Assembly (NCBI GenBank): GCA_963834385.1
Contig: CAWIBO010000005.1
Coordinates: 416,001 to 480,000, forward strand
DNA: 64,000 nt
From: an uncultured Verrucomicrobiae bacterium
GTDB lineage: Bacteria; Verrucomicrobiota; Verrucomicrobiia; Chthoniobacterales; UBA10450
Direction: 5' to 3'
Positions within the stretch are counted from its first letter, which is position 1. Every line of letters begins with the position of its first letter. The notes beneath the pieces are model-generated. The model ran no database searches, was not told the DNA's origin, and saw only the letters and a list, made by a program, of their open reading frames with translations. Below are positions 28,969-39,980 of the stretch, in pieces. The position numbers and the translations under genes were made by a program.

Positions 28969-29335
28969 AGCGCGGGGAAACGCGAGACTCAGTCGAGCTT
29001 GGATTTACCACAGAGACGCAGAGGGCGCAGAGGACAGCTGGAGCCGGTAGGGCGAGACTCTGTCGAGCCTGGGAGCACGCGCTGCCAATGGAGGGACCTG
29101 CTTCCGCAGGTCCGAGGACGAGCGGAAGCTCGTCCCTCCGTCTTTTCTAGGACAGGATTAACAGGAGGGACAGGATTGTGTTCGCAAAATCACGCGTCAA
29201 AGAGCTGGCCGCGCGTGCTCCCAGGCTCCGCGGAGCGTCGCCCTACCGAAGAAGCCAACTCGGCACGCCATTCACACTATTCTCTTCTCCACGGTAGGGC
29301 GAGACTCTGTCGAGCCTGGGAGCACGCGCCGCCAC
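28969..29335. repeat. Mosaic intergenic repeat, copy C
   Basis: REP-left at 29045-29072 and 29292-29319, REP-right at 29221-29248, a nested GGAG-type palindrome pair at 29090-29139, GACAGGATT 9-mers at 29151-29177. Confidence 0.9.
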
Positions 29336-29360
29336 CATATTCGACACAGAGCAGAAAGAA

Positions 29361-29435
29361 TGGTGCGCGCTACAGGGTTCGAACCTGTGACTTCTTGCGT
29401 GTGAAGCAAGCGCTCTACCACTGAGCTAAGCGCGC
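29361..29435 (-). tRNA. tRNA-Val (CAC)
   Basis: GCGCGCTTAGCTCAGTGGTAGAGCGCTTGCTT-CAC-ACGCAAGAAGTCACAGGTTCGAACCCTGTAGCGCGCACCA: complete cloverleaf with encoded CCA. Confidence 0.97.
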
Positions 29436-29527
29436 GCGCGAGCCGACTAAGTTATGGCGAATGCGCGGCCGTGCCACCGGAAAAACGCGCCCCTTGTCAC
29501 CGTCCCCGCGCGACCGTATCTAGGAGG

Positions 29528-29971
29528 ATGTCCGAACATAAAGTCACTCTGAAATGGGAGCGCGGCGATGAGGAGTTTTCCTACCAGAAATATCCGCGCG
29601 ACCACCAATGGACCTTTGACGGCGGCCACAGCATGACCGCGACGGCTGCGCCGGCCTACCTGGGGAACCCGGCGAACGTGGACCCGGAGGAAGCCTTTGT
29701 GGCTTCGCTCTCGAGTTGCCACATGCTCACCTTCCTCGCCATCGCCTGTAAACAGAAGTTCGTGCTCGATTCCTACGAGGACGAGGCGGTCGGCCACATG
29801 GAGAAAAACGCGGACGGCAAAATGGCCATCACCCGCGTGGTTTTGCGCCCGAAAATCAAATGGTCGGGCGAGAAAACCCCGAGCGACGACGAACTGCAGA
29901 AGATCCATCACGCCGCGCACGACAACTGTTTCATCGCCAACTCGGTCAAGACCGAGGTCACGGTGGAATAA
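29528..29971 (+). CDS. OsmC family protein
   Basis: DPEEAFVASLSSCHMLTF and AHDNCFIANSVKT; AGGAGG lies just upstream of the ATG. Confidence 0.92.
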   Translation: MSEHKVTLKWERGDEEFSYQKYPRDHQWTFDGGHSMTATAAPAYLGNPANVDPEEAFVASLSSCHMLTFLAIACKQKFVLDSYEDEAVGHMEKNADGKMAITRVVLRPKIKWSGEKTPSDDELQKIHHAAHDNCFIANSVKTEVTVE

Positions 29972-29978
29972 GGCGCGT

Positions 29979-32900
29979 TTAGAAAACGCTGATTTCGTAG
30001 AAGCGCTGTGCCGCCGGGAAGGGAGCGGTCAGGGTGCCGTCGTCCGTCCAGTGAATGATGCTGCCGTCGCCGATGTGGACCGGGCTGAGCGTCAGCCAGG
30101 CCGGCGCGTCGAGTGACGCCTTCCAGCCGACGCGATAGCTGATTCCCTCCACGCCCGGCCAGGAAAGCATGAACCCGCCGGCGGCGGGAGCAACCGCGGT
30201 GACGGAGAAACGACTCGCCTCATCGTGCGGATCGGTTCCCCCGTGATATTCGGCGCGATTGCTCGCGCCATCGCCGTCGTCATCCGCGTCGTCCTCGATC
30301 ACGCCATGGAACTGCTTCCAGGAATCGGTCACACCGTGCGGGGAAACGCCGGCGCCGAACCGGACCTCACTGTTCCCGCCCGCGTGCCCAAATTTGATAA
30401 AGAGGCAGGCGGCGGCGGGGTCGTGCCACCATCCCGACGCGCTGCTCTCCCATTCGGCCAGGGTGGCACGCGCGGCCAAACGAATGCCGTTGCGCTCAAC
30501 CCCGGCCGGGGCGGTGGCCGCCATGACCTTGAACGAAACCGGACGCGCGCTGGAATCCAGGGCAAGCCGGGTGATCCCCCCGCTGACGCTACGCTGCGCC
30601 ACCGTGCCGTCATACAGGGTGAAGCTGCCGCCGGTGCCGGGTGAAACGAGGAACCGCAGGCCGGCCGTGGGCGTGGTGATCGCGGGATTGTTGACGTAAT
30701 TCGCGTCGGCCAAAGTCTGCGGGACATCTTCCAGCAACGGGACAATGGCGTCGCCCCGGAGAAAAAGAGGGAACCGGGCCGGGTCCGCATCGGTCCACGC
30801 AACCGTCTGGGCTCCGGCGTGTGCGGCGTGCGTCCAGTAGTCATACCATGTCCCGGCCGGGAGATAGACCATGCGGGTGGTGCTGTTGGCCGTGTTCATC
30901 GGCGCCACGAGCAGTTCATTCCCCAAAAGGTAGGTGTGCCGGATGGGATGAGTGTTCGGATCCGCCTGATGCAGGAGCACGAGGGGACGGATCATTGGCA
31001 GTCCGGTCTGGCTCGCTTCCTCTGCGTAAGTGTACAGATACGGGAAGAGCTGGGTGTGGAAGCGTGCCCAGAAGACGTAGTTGGCCAATGCGGTCGCGCC
31101 GTAGCCCCACGGATACTGGCGAAGATTCCCCGGGTCGACCTGTCGATGAAGCTGCATGATCGGCGTGAGCGCGCCGAACTGCGTCCAGCGCATGAAAAGA
31201 TCGGCTGTGTTCGTCTCGAAATTACTGTTCTGGTAGCCGCCGATGTCGTGACTCCAGAGCGAAAACCCGCTCAGGGCCGCGCTTAGTCCCGCGACGATGA
31301 CGCTTTGCAGCCCGTTGCCGGCGCCAAAGTTCGGCTCGTTGTCACCCGCCCAGCCGACCGGGAAACGCTGGGTGCCGCTGAAACCGCTGCGGGCGAAAAG
31401 CACGCCGGCAGGCCCGAGCACGCTCGCCACCGTTTCATGGTAGCCGAGGCAGTAGCCGTTGCGCATCTCGACCCCGGTGCGGCCGTCGAAATAGGAGGCG
31501 TGCAGGGGAATGTAGGTCTGGGAACCGTTGCTCGTTTCGCCGTCATCGGTCTTGAATCCGCCGATGGCCGGCTCGAGCGAGGCCCCGGCCGTGGTCACCT
31601 TGCTGCCGTCGACGAGCGCCTCGAGCTGCCCCTTCAACCAGTCGCGGGCGCCGGGATTGGTGAAATCAACCGGGCTGCCGCTCCCTTTCCACCAGGGAAC
31701 CACCAGCGGCGGTCCGCCCGGGGAGCTGCGCACGAAATAATTGTTCGCCTGGCCTTCGGCGTAATTCGGCGAGGTCCCGGTGTTTTGCCCGGGCACGCCC
31801 TCGTTGTTCGAGGAGGTGTTGACGAACGGCGTCATCCAGCAAACCACCTTAAGACCGCTGCGCTGGAGAAAAGTCATCATCTCTCCGATGGAAGCGAAGC
31901 CGGGATAAGTGACGCCTTCGTAGGTGCCGGCGGTGGCCCACTGCGTCGTGTTCCAGAGGAAATCGTTGTAGGAAAATTCCCAGGGCGAATCAAAAACGAT
32001 CACGCTCGAGGGGATGCCGTGCTCGAGGAACTTCGTCACCGCGTAGCGCACCTCGCCGCCGGTGCGCCAGATATCGGAGGAAATCCACGGACCAAAGGCC
32101 CACGGAGGGGGAAGCGGCGGGCGTCCCGTGTAACCGGTGTAACGACTGAGCACATCCCGCAGATCAGGCCCGGCCACGACGTGGAACTTGAGCGAGCGAA
32201 AGAGATTCTGGACCACGTAACGGTCGGGCGCGCCGTGGCGCATGTCGAAATAGCTCTCCGCGGTGGAATCAAGATGGAACCCGTAACCCCGGCTGCTCAG
32301 AGAACCATGGCACCGGCTTGTAGGATTGGTCGCCCTTTGTGCCCGGCGGATCCCAGGTCAGCATCCGGACCCGGTTTCCCGTCTGGTTCACCGCGTTGAA
32401 TTTTTCCCCGAACCCAAAAAACTGCTCGGTGGCGTCGGAACCGGCCGTGACCAGGGTCTCAGAAGGAACAAGGCCATTCCAATCGACCACCTCAAAGGTC
32501 AGGACACCGCCGGTGTTCAGGGTGAGCCGGGTGGTGACGGTGGTGCCGCCGAGGGTCTGGACCAGTTCGAGGCCATCGGGAATGGGAATGGAGGAAACAA
32601 CGGGGCCAAGGCTGTAAAGGCGGTCGGCGATCCGGGCCGACGGCGGCGCAAAAGTGATGGCATTGGCGAGAGGCGTACCGTTCAGGTCGGGCTGGAGCAG
32701 GACGATGTGTCCGGAACCGGTGTGGATGCGGCCGGCAAAAGCGCCGCTCGTGATCTCGAGATGGTCGCCTGAGGGTTGCAGAGGCCAGGGGACAGTGAAA
32801 ACAAACGGGCTGGCGCGCGCGACTTCCTCCAGCTCGCTTGTCTGCGAGAGGGAATCGCTCCCGTGCAGGAACGTGGGCAGATGATCGGAGAACGGAACCC

Positions 32901-33741
32901 GGAGATAATATTGAATGGTATCGCCGGGGTTGAGGGCGGCGGCCGGGATCACCCCGCCGTAATACTTGTTGTTGCCGGCCTGGCTGTGAAAGGTCATGGC
33001 CGCGGACGACCAGGCCGAGTCGGTGATCTTTTTGTAAAAGACGGTGCTGCCGGTCTGCGTCTGGTTGCCGGGATCACCGGCCCCCTGGAACTGGCTGCCG
33101 TTATAGATCGTAACCCCGGCGCCGGCCCCCGGCGTGAAGGGCGAGCGCATGGTGGCGCCGCCCGGTTCGGCGCTGGAGGGAATGTGCCAGGCGTTGCCGG
33201 TGTGCGCATGGAATGCCGCGTTCGTCGTCAGGATGATCCGGTCGATGCGCAGGCCATCTTCCCGCATCCAGAGATTGACCGTGTGGGTGCCGGCCGAGGG
33301 CACGGTGATCGATCCGCCGGCGGCGCCACCCTGCAGGGTGTTGCTCCACTGCCAGGCGTCATACTGCGAAAGGGTGAAAGCTGCGCTGCCCGCTCCATTC
33401 AGGCCCACGTGCGCCGAATCGTCGTTGCCGGTCGCGGCGTGTCCGCGCAGCCAGACATAACGCACTCCGCTGCCCTGGAACGTGACCGCGAACTGGAGCT
33501 CGGGACTGGTGGCGCCCGCGGCGAGGTTGGCGGTGTTGTTGGGCAGGCTTTCCATGTAGCCGCTCCCGGAGAAGCCCGGGACGCTTTGCCCATGGGTCCA
33601 GTCATGTCCCGAGCGGGGCGAATTGTTCACCGAAAAATTCTCCGCCTCGAGCACGACCACGCCGTTGCTTTCGACGACCTGGGCAGAAAGAGGCAGGGAC
33701 GCCGCGAGCAGGCAGAGGGCTGGGAGCAGGACCCGCTTCAT
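29979..33741 (-). CDS. Secreted multidomain glycoside hydrolase family 31 (frameshift near 32290)
   Basis: Signal peptide from ATG 33741; FFGFGEKF, YKPVPW, YTGRPPLPPPWAFG, GFKTDDGE (nucleophile), WAGDN (acid/base), HDIGGY, RWTQFG; C-terminal RFYEI domain. Confidence 0.88.
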
Positions 33742-33833
33742 CAAGGGCGGGGATGGTATCACCCTCGCGGAAGAGGAGCGATGGAAAAGGAAAGGGATTG
33801 CCAAAGGAAGCGGGAGGTCGCAGTTGTAGGCCC

Positions 33834-35194
33834 ATGGCAGCCACCGCCGAAACCCAGCGCATGGAAAAGATCGTCAGCCTGTGCAAACGGCGCGGGTTCA
33901 TTTTCCAGTCGAGCGAGATCTACGGGGGCTTGAATGGGAGCTGGGACTACGGCCCGCTCGGGGTGGAGCTGAAAAGGAACCTGAAGGATTACTGGTGGCG
34001 CGTGATGGTGCGCGAACGCGAGGACGTGGTCGGGCTCGACGGCTCCATCCTCATGAACCGCGCGGTCTGGAAGGCGAGCGGTCACGAGGAAACCTTCAGT
34101 GACCCGATGGTCGATTGTCGCACCTGCAAGGCGCGGCTGCGGGCCGACCAGCTCCCGGAGAAAAACGGCGAGAAACAATGTTCGAACTGCGGTGGCAAGG
34201 ACCTGACCCCGCCGCGCGCCTTCAACCTCATGTTCAAGACCTACGTCGGCGCGACCGAGGACGAATCGAGCGTGACTTATCTTCGCCCGGAGACGGCGCA
34301 GGCCATCTTTGTCCAGTTCAAGAACGTGCTTGATACCTCGCGGCAGAGATTGCCCTTCGGCATCGCGCAGATCGGGAAAGCGTTCCGGAACGAGATCAAC
34401 CCGCGCAATTTCACCTTTCGCTCGCGCGAGTTCGAGCAGATGGAGCTGGAATATTTCTGCCGGCCGGAGCAGGGGCTGGCGCTGCTGGATTACTGGAAGG
34501 AGGAACGGCTGAAGTTCTACGAGAACATCGGGCTGCGCCGCGACCAGTTGCATGTCCTCACCGTGCCCGAGGCCGACCGCGCCTTTTATTCCCAGGGGAC
34601 TTACGACATCGAGTTCGATTTTCCCTTTGGCCGACAGGAACTCGAGGGCGTGGCCTACCGGACCGATTACGACCTGAAACAGCACCAGACCGCCAGCGGC
34701 AAACCGCTCGAGTATTTCGACGACGAAGCCAAGGAGCGGTTCATTCCGCACGTGGTCGAACCGAGCGCTGGGGTGGACCGGACGGTGCTCGCGCTGATCT
34801 GCAGCGCTTACGATGAGGAAACGGTGACCGATGACAAAGGGAAGGCGGAAACGCGCATCGTGCTCCGGTTCCATCCGCGAATGGCGCCGATCAAGGTGGC
34901 GGTTTTCCCTTGCTGAAGAACAAGGAGGAGCTGGTCCGGAAGGCGCGGGAAGTTTACGATGCGCTCAAGGGCGAGATGGCGGCGTTTTACGATGAAGGCG
35001 GCGCGATTGGGCGGCGTTACCGGCGCCAGGACGAGGCCGGCACGCCGTTCGGCATCACGATCGATTTCGAGACCCTGGGTGAGCGAGGGGACGAGCTGCG
35101 CGACACCGTCACCCTGCGCCATCGCGACAGCATGAAGCAGGAGCGGATCAGCATCGCCGAATTGCCGGGGCGTCTCCGCGACGCGATTCGGTAG
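33834..35194 (+). CDS. glyQS: Glycine--tRNA ligase, alpha2 type (frameshift near 34908, probably sequencing error)
   Basis: KRRGFIFQSSEIYGG, LRPETAQ, FRSREFEQME, EPSAGVDR; anticodon domain IGRRYRRQDEAGTPF in the next frame. Confidence 0.95.
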
Positions 35195-35197
35195 CTG

Positions 35198-35639
35198 ATG
35201 CACGCAGCGGAGTTCAGGGAAGCCTGCCTGCGTCTTGCCCGGCACGGAAGAGACGCTGCCCTTCGGACCGGACGTTCTGGTCTACAAGGTGGGTGGGAAG
35301 ATGTTTGCCCTCATGGCCCCGGACGAGGTCCCGGTGACCGTAAACCTGAAATGTGATCCGGATCAGGCGCTCGCCCTGCGCGACCGCTATGAAGATGTGC
35401 GGCCCGGTTATCACATGAACAAACGGCACTGGAACACGGTCGTCCTCGGCGGCGGCGTGCCCGACGCAGAACTGCGGCGAATGCTTGAACATTCGTATGA
35501 ACTGGTCGTGGCCAGCCTGCCGCGGGCGCGGCGGGAGACATTGAGCAGCCGGTCGGCGGCTGCCGCCGCCCGCCCCCGCCGCACGCCACGGAAGAATGAG
35601 TGGCCGGGTAGTCGGGCCGGCAGGGGCCAACCGCCCTAA
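35198..35639 (+). CDS. MmcQ/YjbR family DNA-binding protein (frameshift near 35232)
   Basis: MHAAEFREACL / LPGTEETLPFGPDVLVYKVGGKMFA...NLKCDP...PGYHMNKRHWNT. Confidence 0.88.
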
Positions 35640-35758
35640 AAAGCGTTCCGTAGGGATTGGCGCGGGCGAAGACCGTCGTCCATCCAGTGCGCCGCCGGCC
35701 TTTCAGGAAAAGGGGCGGTCTGGCTTGACCCGCCATGCGCTCCGGTGAACATCGTTCT

Positions 35759-36394
35759 ATGCGCGGCCAGACATTGTGGGAAGGACGATGGATTTTTGCC
35801 GTCCTCGTCGTGCTCACGGTGGTGAGCTGGTTTTTGCTGCCGTGGCTGGCGTTGCTCTGGCTCGCCCTGATCCTCTACACGCTCGCTTTTTTTCGCGACC
35901 CGGAACGGATCGCCCCGCCTGACCCGGACGTGGTCGTGGCCGCGGCCGACGGCGTGGTGGCCGACATCGCGGAGCTGGAGGAACCGGAAGTTCTGAAGGC
36001 GAAGACGCGCCGGGTCGGGATTTTCCTCTCGGTTTTCGACGTGCACACCAACCGCGCGCCGGTGGAAGGCCGGGTGGTGTATCGGCAGCATCGCCGGGGG
36101 CTTTGTCTCGATGCGCGCAGCCTGGACTGCTCGGAAAAGAACGAGGCCATGACCTGGGCGTTCGAGAATCCGCGGGTGACGATCGTGGTGCGCCAGCTGA
36201 CGGGCGCGATTGCCCGGCGGATCGTGGGCTGGTCCCGGGTGGGCGATGAGCTGGCGCGGGGGGAACGTTTCGGAATGATTCGTTTTGGCTCGCGCACGGA
36301 AGTTTATTTGCCGCTGGACGCCACCGTGACGGTGAAAAAAGGCGACCGGGTGGTCGGCGGCCTGACGGTGATTGCGCGTTTGCCCCGGGCCTGA
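35759..36394 (+). CDS. psd: Phosphatidylserine decarboxylase proenzyme
   Basis: FFRDPER, IFLSVFDVH.NRAP, GMIRFGSRT (GS cleavage site). Confidence 0.93.
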   Translation: MRGQTLWEGRWIFAVLVVLTVVSWFLLPWLALLWLALILYTLAFFRDPERIAPPDPDVVVAAADGVVADIAELEEPEVLKAKTRRVGIFLSVFDVHTNRAPVEGRVVYRQHRRGLCLDARSLDCSEKNEAMTWAFENPRVTIVVRQLTGAIARRIVGWSRVGDELARGERFGMIRFGSRTEVYLPLDATVTVKKGDRVVGGLTVIARLPRA

Positions 36395-37218
36395 TGAGCG
36401 ACAACAACCCGAAAATCTACCTGCTGCCGAACCTGATGACGGCGGGGAACCTGTTTTGCGGGTTCGCAGCCACGCTCAAGATTGTGCAGGGCGCTCTCCT
36501 GCAATCGTCCGATCCCGACGCGGCCGCGATCCTTTTCCACACGGCCATCTGGTATATCCTCGGCGCCTGCATCTTTGACCTGCTGGACGGCCGGTTGGCG
36601 CGTTTGGGCGGGCAGGACAGCGCCTTTGGGCGCGAATTCGATTCGCTGGCCGACATTGTCTCGTTCGGGGTGGCGCCGGCGCTCCTGGTTTACCGGATCG
36701 TCCTGCTCGAGTTCCCGCGGGCCGGCTGGGTGGTGGCCTTCATTTATCTTCTTTGCGGCGCGCTGCGCCTCTCCCGTTTCAATGTCATCGCCGCCAGTGG
36801 CGGGCCGGCCTCGGCCGACAAGAACTTCCGCGGCTTCCCGATCCCGGCGGCGGCCGGAGTGATTGCCTCGCTGACCCTGTTTCTGCTTTGGTGGCTGGGG
36901 GAACGCGAGCACGAGATCGGGCGCTGGAAATGGGTTCTGCCTCCGCTGCTTCTCTTCCTTTCCTTCATGATGTTCAGCGGGTTCAAGTATCCCAGCTTCA
37001 AGGGGCTGGGCTGGCGGTCCACCCGTTCGGTCCCGCGTTTCCTTGCCATCATCGTCATCGTCGTGGCGACGGTCATGAACTACGAGTGGATGCCGGCCGT
37101 CCTCTTCATCTCCTACCTTCTCTACGGCTTCGTCCGGCCCTTTATCTCGAAATCGTGGCAGCGCGAGATCGAGGAAGAGATTGGCGACGAACCGATCGAT
37201 CCGCCGGAAAACGCCTGA
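36394..37218 (+). CDS. pssA: CDP-diacylglycerol--serine O-phosphatidyltransferase
   Basis: LPNLMTAGNLFCG; DLLDGRLAR...FGREFDSLADIVSFGVAP; coupled to psd. Confidence 0.92.
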   Translation: MSDNNPKIYLLPNLMTAGNLFCGFAATLKIVQGALLQSSDPDAAAILFHTAIWYILGACIFDLLDGRLARLGGQDSAFGREFDSLADIVSFGVAPALLVYRIVLLEFPRAGWVVAFIYLLCGALRLSRFNVIAASGGPASADKNFRGFPIPAAAGVIASLTLFLLWWLGEREHEIGRWKWVLPPLLLFLSFMMFSGFKYPSFKGLGWRSTRSVPRFLAIIVIVVATVMNYEWMPAVLFISYLLYGFVRPFISKSWQREIEEEIGDEPIDPPENA

Positions 37219-37249
37219 AACGGCCGGGGGCGCCGCAAGCCCCGGCGAA

Positions 37250-37967
37250 TCAGGAGAGCGGCTGGTTCAGCCGCGCCAGAATTTCCGGGTCGCGCACATC
37301 GTGCCAGTCGCCGGTGAGCTCGAGGGCCTGGACCCGGCGGCCGGACTGGGCGAGCTCGCGAATCGCGTCCGTCAGCTCGTATTCGCCGCGCGGGGAAGGC
37401 TGGAGCTTCGCCGTGAAGTCAAAAATGCTGCGGCGAAACATGTAGATGCCGGCGTTATACCAGGGGCTGGTCGGCTCGCCCGGTTTCGGTTTTTCGCGGA
37501 GATCGACCAGGTCAAAACGGTCGTTCACAAAAACAGCGCCGCCCTGGCTGACGTCATCGCTTCGTTTCACCGTGACGATGGCCTCGGTTTCCGGGGCAGG
37601 GGAGACAAGCCGGCGATAGTTGGCCGGGTCCACCAGGATGTCGCCATAGCTGAGGAGAAAGGGATCGTCACCGCAGAAGTCGCGGGCCAGTTCGACCACG
37701 CGCCCGGTCCCGTCCTGCACGGCCTGCGTGACATACCGGATCCGCGCCCTGGAAATCCTTTCCCTCGCCGAAATGCTCCTGCACCACCTCCGCGCGCCAG
37801 CCGACCACGATGAGGAAGTCGGTGACGCCGGCGCCGGCCAGGCCCTCGACGATGTGCTGCAGGACGGGCCTGCCGCGCACCGGCAGCATCGGTTTCGGAA
37901 GATCGTCCGTCAGGTTGCGCATGCGGGTCCCGCGACCGGCCGCGAGCAGGACAGCTTTGGTGATCAT
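37250..37967 (-). CDS. Sugar-phosphate nucleotidyltransferase (frameshift near 37745)
   Basis: AVLLAAGRGTRM...PKPML; QDGTG, YGD, EKP, RGEYELTDA. Confidence 0.88.
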
Positions 37968-38026
37968 GGCAGCACCTGTAAGCCTTTCGATTGCAATTCG
38001 CACGCGCCGGCTTCAATCTCGCGCGC

Positions 38027-38431
38027 ATGGGTCTCCAGTTCCTCTCCAAATACCGCGAGACCGGCCTGCTCCTTCTCCGTTCCAGCGTCGGCCTTATCCT
38101 CCTCATCCTGACGGCACCTGTCCTCATGGCCGGGAGCGGCGGGTGGCGCCGCTTTGGGAGCGCGCTTCGGCATATCGGCTTTGAATCGAACTACGAGTTC
38201 TGGGGTTTTCTTGGGGTGGTCGGCGCCTGCGCCGCGGGGGTTTTCCTCATCATCGGGCTCTGGTTTCGAGGCGCCGCGCTCGTGGCCCTCTTCATCGCGG
38301 CCATCCATGCCAGCGCGGTCTGGAGCGGCGATCCGCCGCTGCGTCTTCTCCTCGTTCCCCTGGAGTTCTGCCTCCTCCTGGTGGCCCTGATTTTTATCGG
38401 ACCGGGCAAATACAGCGTCGACAAGAACTGA
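38027..38431 (+). CDS. DoxX family membrane protein
   Basis: Four TM segments, GLLLLR..., GPGKYSVD. Confidence 0.8.
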   Translation: MGLQFLSKYRETGLLLLRSSVGLILLILTAPVLMAGSGGWRRFGSALRHIGFESNYEFWGFLGVVGACAAGVFLIIGLWFRGAALVALFIAAIHASAVWSGDPPLRLLLVPLEFCLLLVALIFIGPGKYSVDKN

Positions 38432-38517
38432 ACGCCGGCGGGAGGCGAATGGTCAAAGTTGGCCGCGGTCGCTGGCGTCGCCTTGTGAATAACCGGCGCG
38501 AGCGTAACGTTTTCCCC

Positions 38518-38991
38518 ATGGGCAAAGAGCGCGGATTCACGCTGGTGGAGCTGGCCATCGCCGTCTTCATCCTGCTCCTGATCCTGCTCCTGGCGGTGCC
38601 CAGCCTGCGCGGGGTCATGGCCGACAGGGAACTGCGGCGCTCGTTTGAAGCCTTTACCGCGCTGGCCAGCCAGGCCCAGGAATTGAGCATGACCGAGCGG
38701 CGACCTTATCTTTTGATCTGGGAAAAGGGGGCCATTGTCCTGCGACCGGAGGTCTTTGCCCCCGGGGAGGAGGAAGCGGCCACGGCGGTGCTCACCACCG
38801 GGCGCGGCGATGCCTATACCCTCAACCTGCCGGCGGCTCTCTCGGAAAAGCCGGCGCCGGAATGGATTTTCTGGCCTTCCGGCACCTGCGAACCGGCCCT
38901 GGTCGGCTACAAGGGATCGCCCGGTTCCTGGACGGCCTACTTTTCGCCGCTGACCGGGCGTGCTGACCTGACCAATTATGCGGCGAACTAG
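38518..38991 (+). CDS. Minor pseudopilin (GspH-like)
   Basis: RGFTLVEL prepilin cleavage/methylation motif; FWPSG. Confidence 0.8.
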   Translation: MGKERGFTLVELAIAVFILLLILLLAVPSLRGVMADRELRRSFEAFTALASQAQELSMTERRPYLLIWEKGAIVLRPEVFAPGEEEAATAVLTTGRGDAYTLNLPAALSEKPAPEWIFWPSGTCEPALVGYKGSPGSWTAYFSPLTGRADLTNYAAN

Positions 38992-39376
38992 CACGCGAGC
39001 CGGGTTCGCCCTTTACGAGGTGTTGATCGGCGTGACCATCTTCGCCGTTGGCATCCTGGCCCTTGGTCGTTCGGTGGAGAATTGCCTGAATGCCAGCGCG
39101 CTCACGGCCGAGGAAAATCGCATCCGGCAGCTTCTTTCCAACCGGATGGCGGAGATCCAGGCCACGCCGGGCCGCCCGGACGAGACCAAGACCACGAAGA
39201 TCGACAGCGGCTACGGGGAAGTGGTGCTGCAGGAACGAGCCACTGCGGCGGAGATGAAAAGCGACGAGGGGATCGACCTGGTCGGGGTCTTCCGCATCGA
39301 CCTGGCCGCAAAATGGGTCCGGCATGGGATCGAGCAACAACGCGAGGTGATGTTTTATGTCTACCGCCAGCGCTAG
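38978..39376 (+). CDS. Minor pseudopilin (GspI-like)
   Basis: AGFALYEVL prepilin motif; position in cluster. Confidence 0.75.
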   Translation: MRRTSTRAGFALYEVLIGVTIFAVGILALGRSVENCLNASALTAEENRIRQLLSNRMAEIQATPGRPDETKTTKIDSGYGEVVLQERATAAEMKSDEGIDLVGVFRIDLAAKWVRHGIEQQREVMFYVYRQR

Positions 39377-39980
39377 GACGTCGCTCCGCGGCTTCACGCT
39401 CCTGGAGATCGTGCTCGCCGTCCTGATTCTCTCGATGATGTCCTTCGCCATCTATCGGTTTGTGACTTCCAACCTCATTGCCGTCCGTCTTTCCGGCGAA
39501 CAAATGAGCGCGGACGAACGCTACGACGGCTTGCAGGCGTTGCTCACTGCGCAGTGGCAGTCGATCAGCCCGGGCCAGGGCGCCCTGCTGGGCGAGCCGC
39601 TCAAGATGAACGATCGGTCCCGGGATGAGATCACCTGGCTTTCCCCCGCCGGGCCGGGGCTGCTCACCCGCTATGCCCAGGGGGAATACAAGGTGACCCT
39701 CCGCCTGCGGCCGTCGCCCAACCAGCCGGATCGCATGGAACTGGGGTTGTTCCGCCGGCCGCGCTCCGCGCCGGAAGGGAGCGGCGAAGGTTCGTGGGTG
39801 AGTTTGCTCGACCGGGTGGAAAGCGTTGAAATAAAATACTTCGATCCGCGGGTGAATACCTGGGTGACGCGCTGGACGGATACGATTGCGCTGCCGCGCC
39901 TGGTGCGCCTCGTGATCGGGCGCACCGACACCGCCAAACCATGGGAAGGCGTTATCGCGATCGCGCGAACCCCGTTATGA
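39357..39980 (+). CDS. Minor pseudopilin (GspJ-like)
   Basis: RGFTLLEI; C-terminal W..RW...LPRLVRL. Confidence 0.8.
   Translation: MSTASARTSLRGFTLLEIVLAVLILSMMSFAIYRFVTSNLIAVRLSGEQMSADERYDGLQALLTAQWQSISPGQGALLGEPLKMNDRSRDEITWLSPAGPGLLTRYAQGEYKVTLRLRPSPNQPDRMELGLFRRPRSAPEGSGEGSWVSLLDRVESVEIKYFDPRVNTWVTRWTDTIALPRLVRLVIGRTDTAKPWEGVIAIARTPL

Noticed and set aside
29340..29440. tRNA-Val as an integration site for an island or prophage
   Set aside because: No integrase, phage gene or duplicated tRNA 3' end was seen in the window.
34895..34920. Programmed frameshift in glyQS
   Set aside because: No canonical slippery heptamer; a missing base in a short run matches the window-wide indel error pattern.
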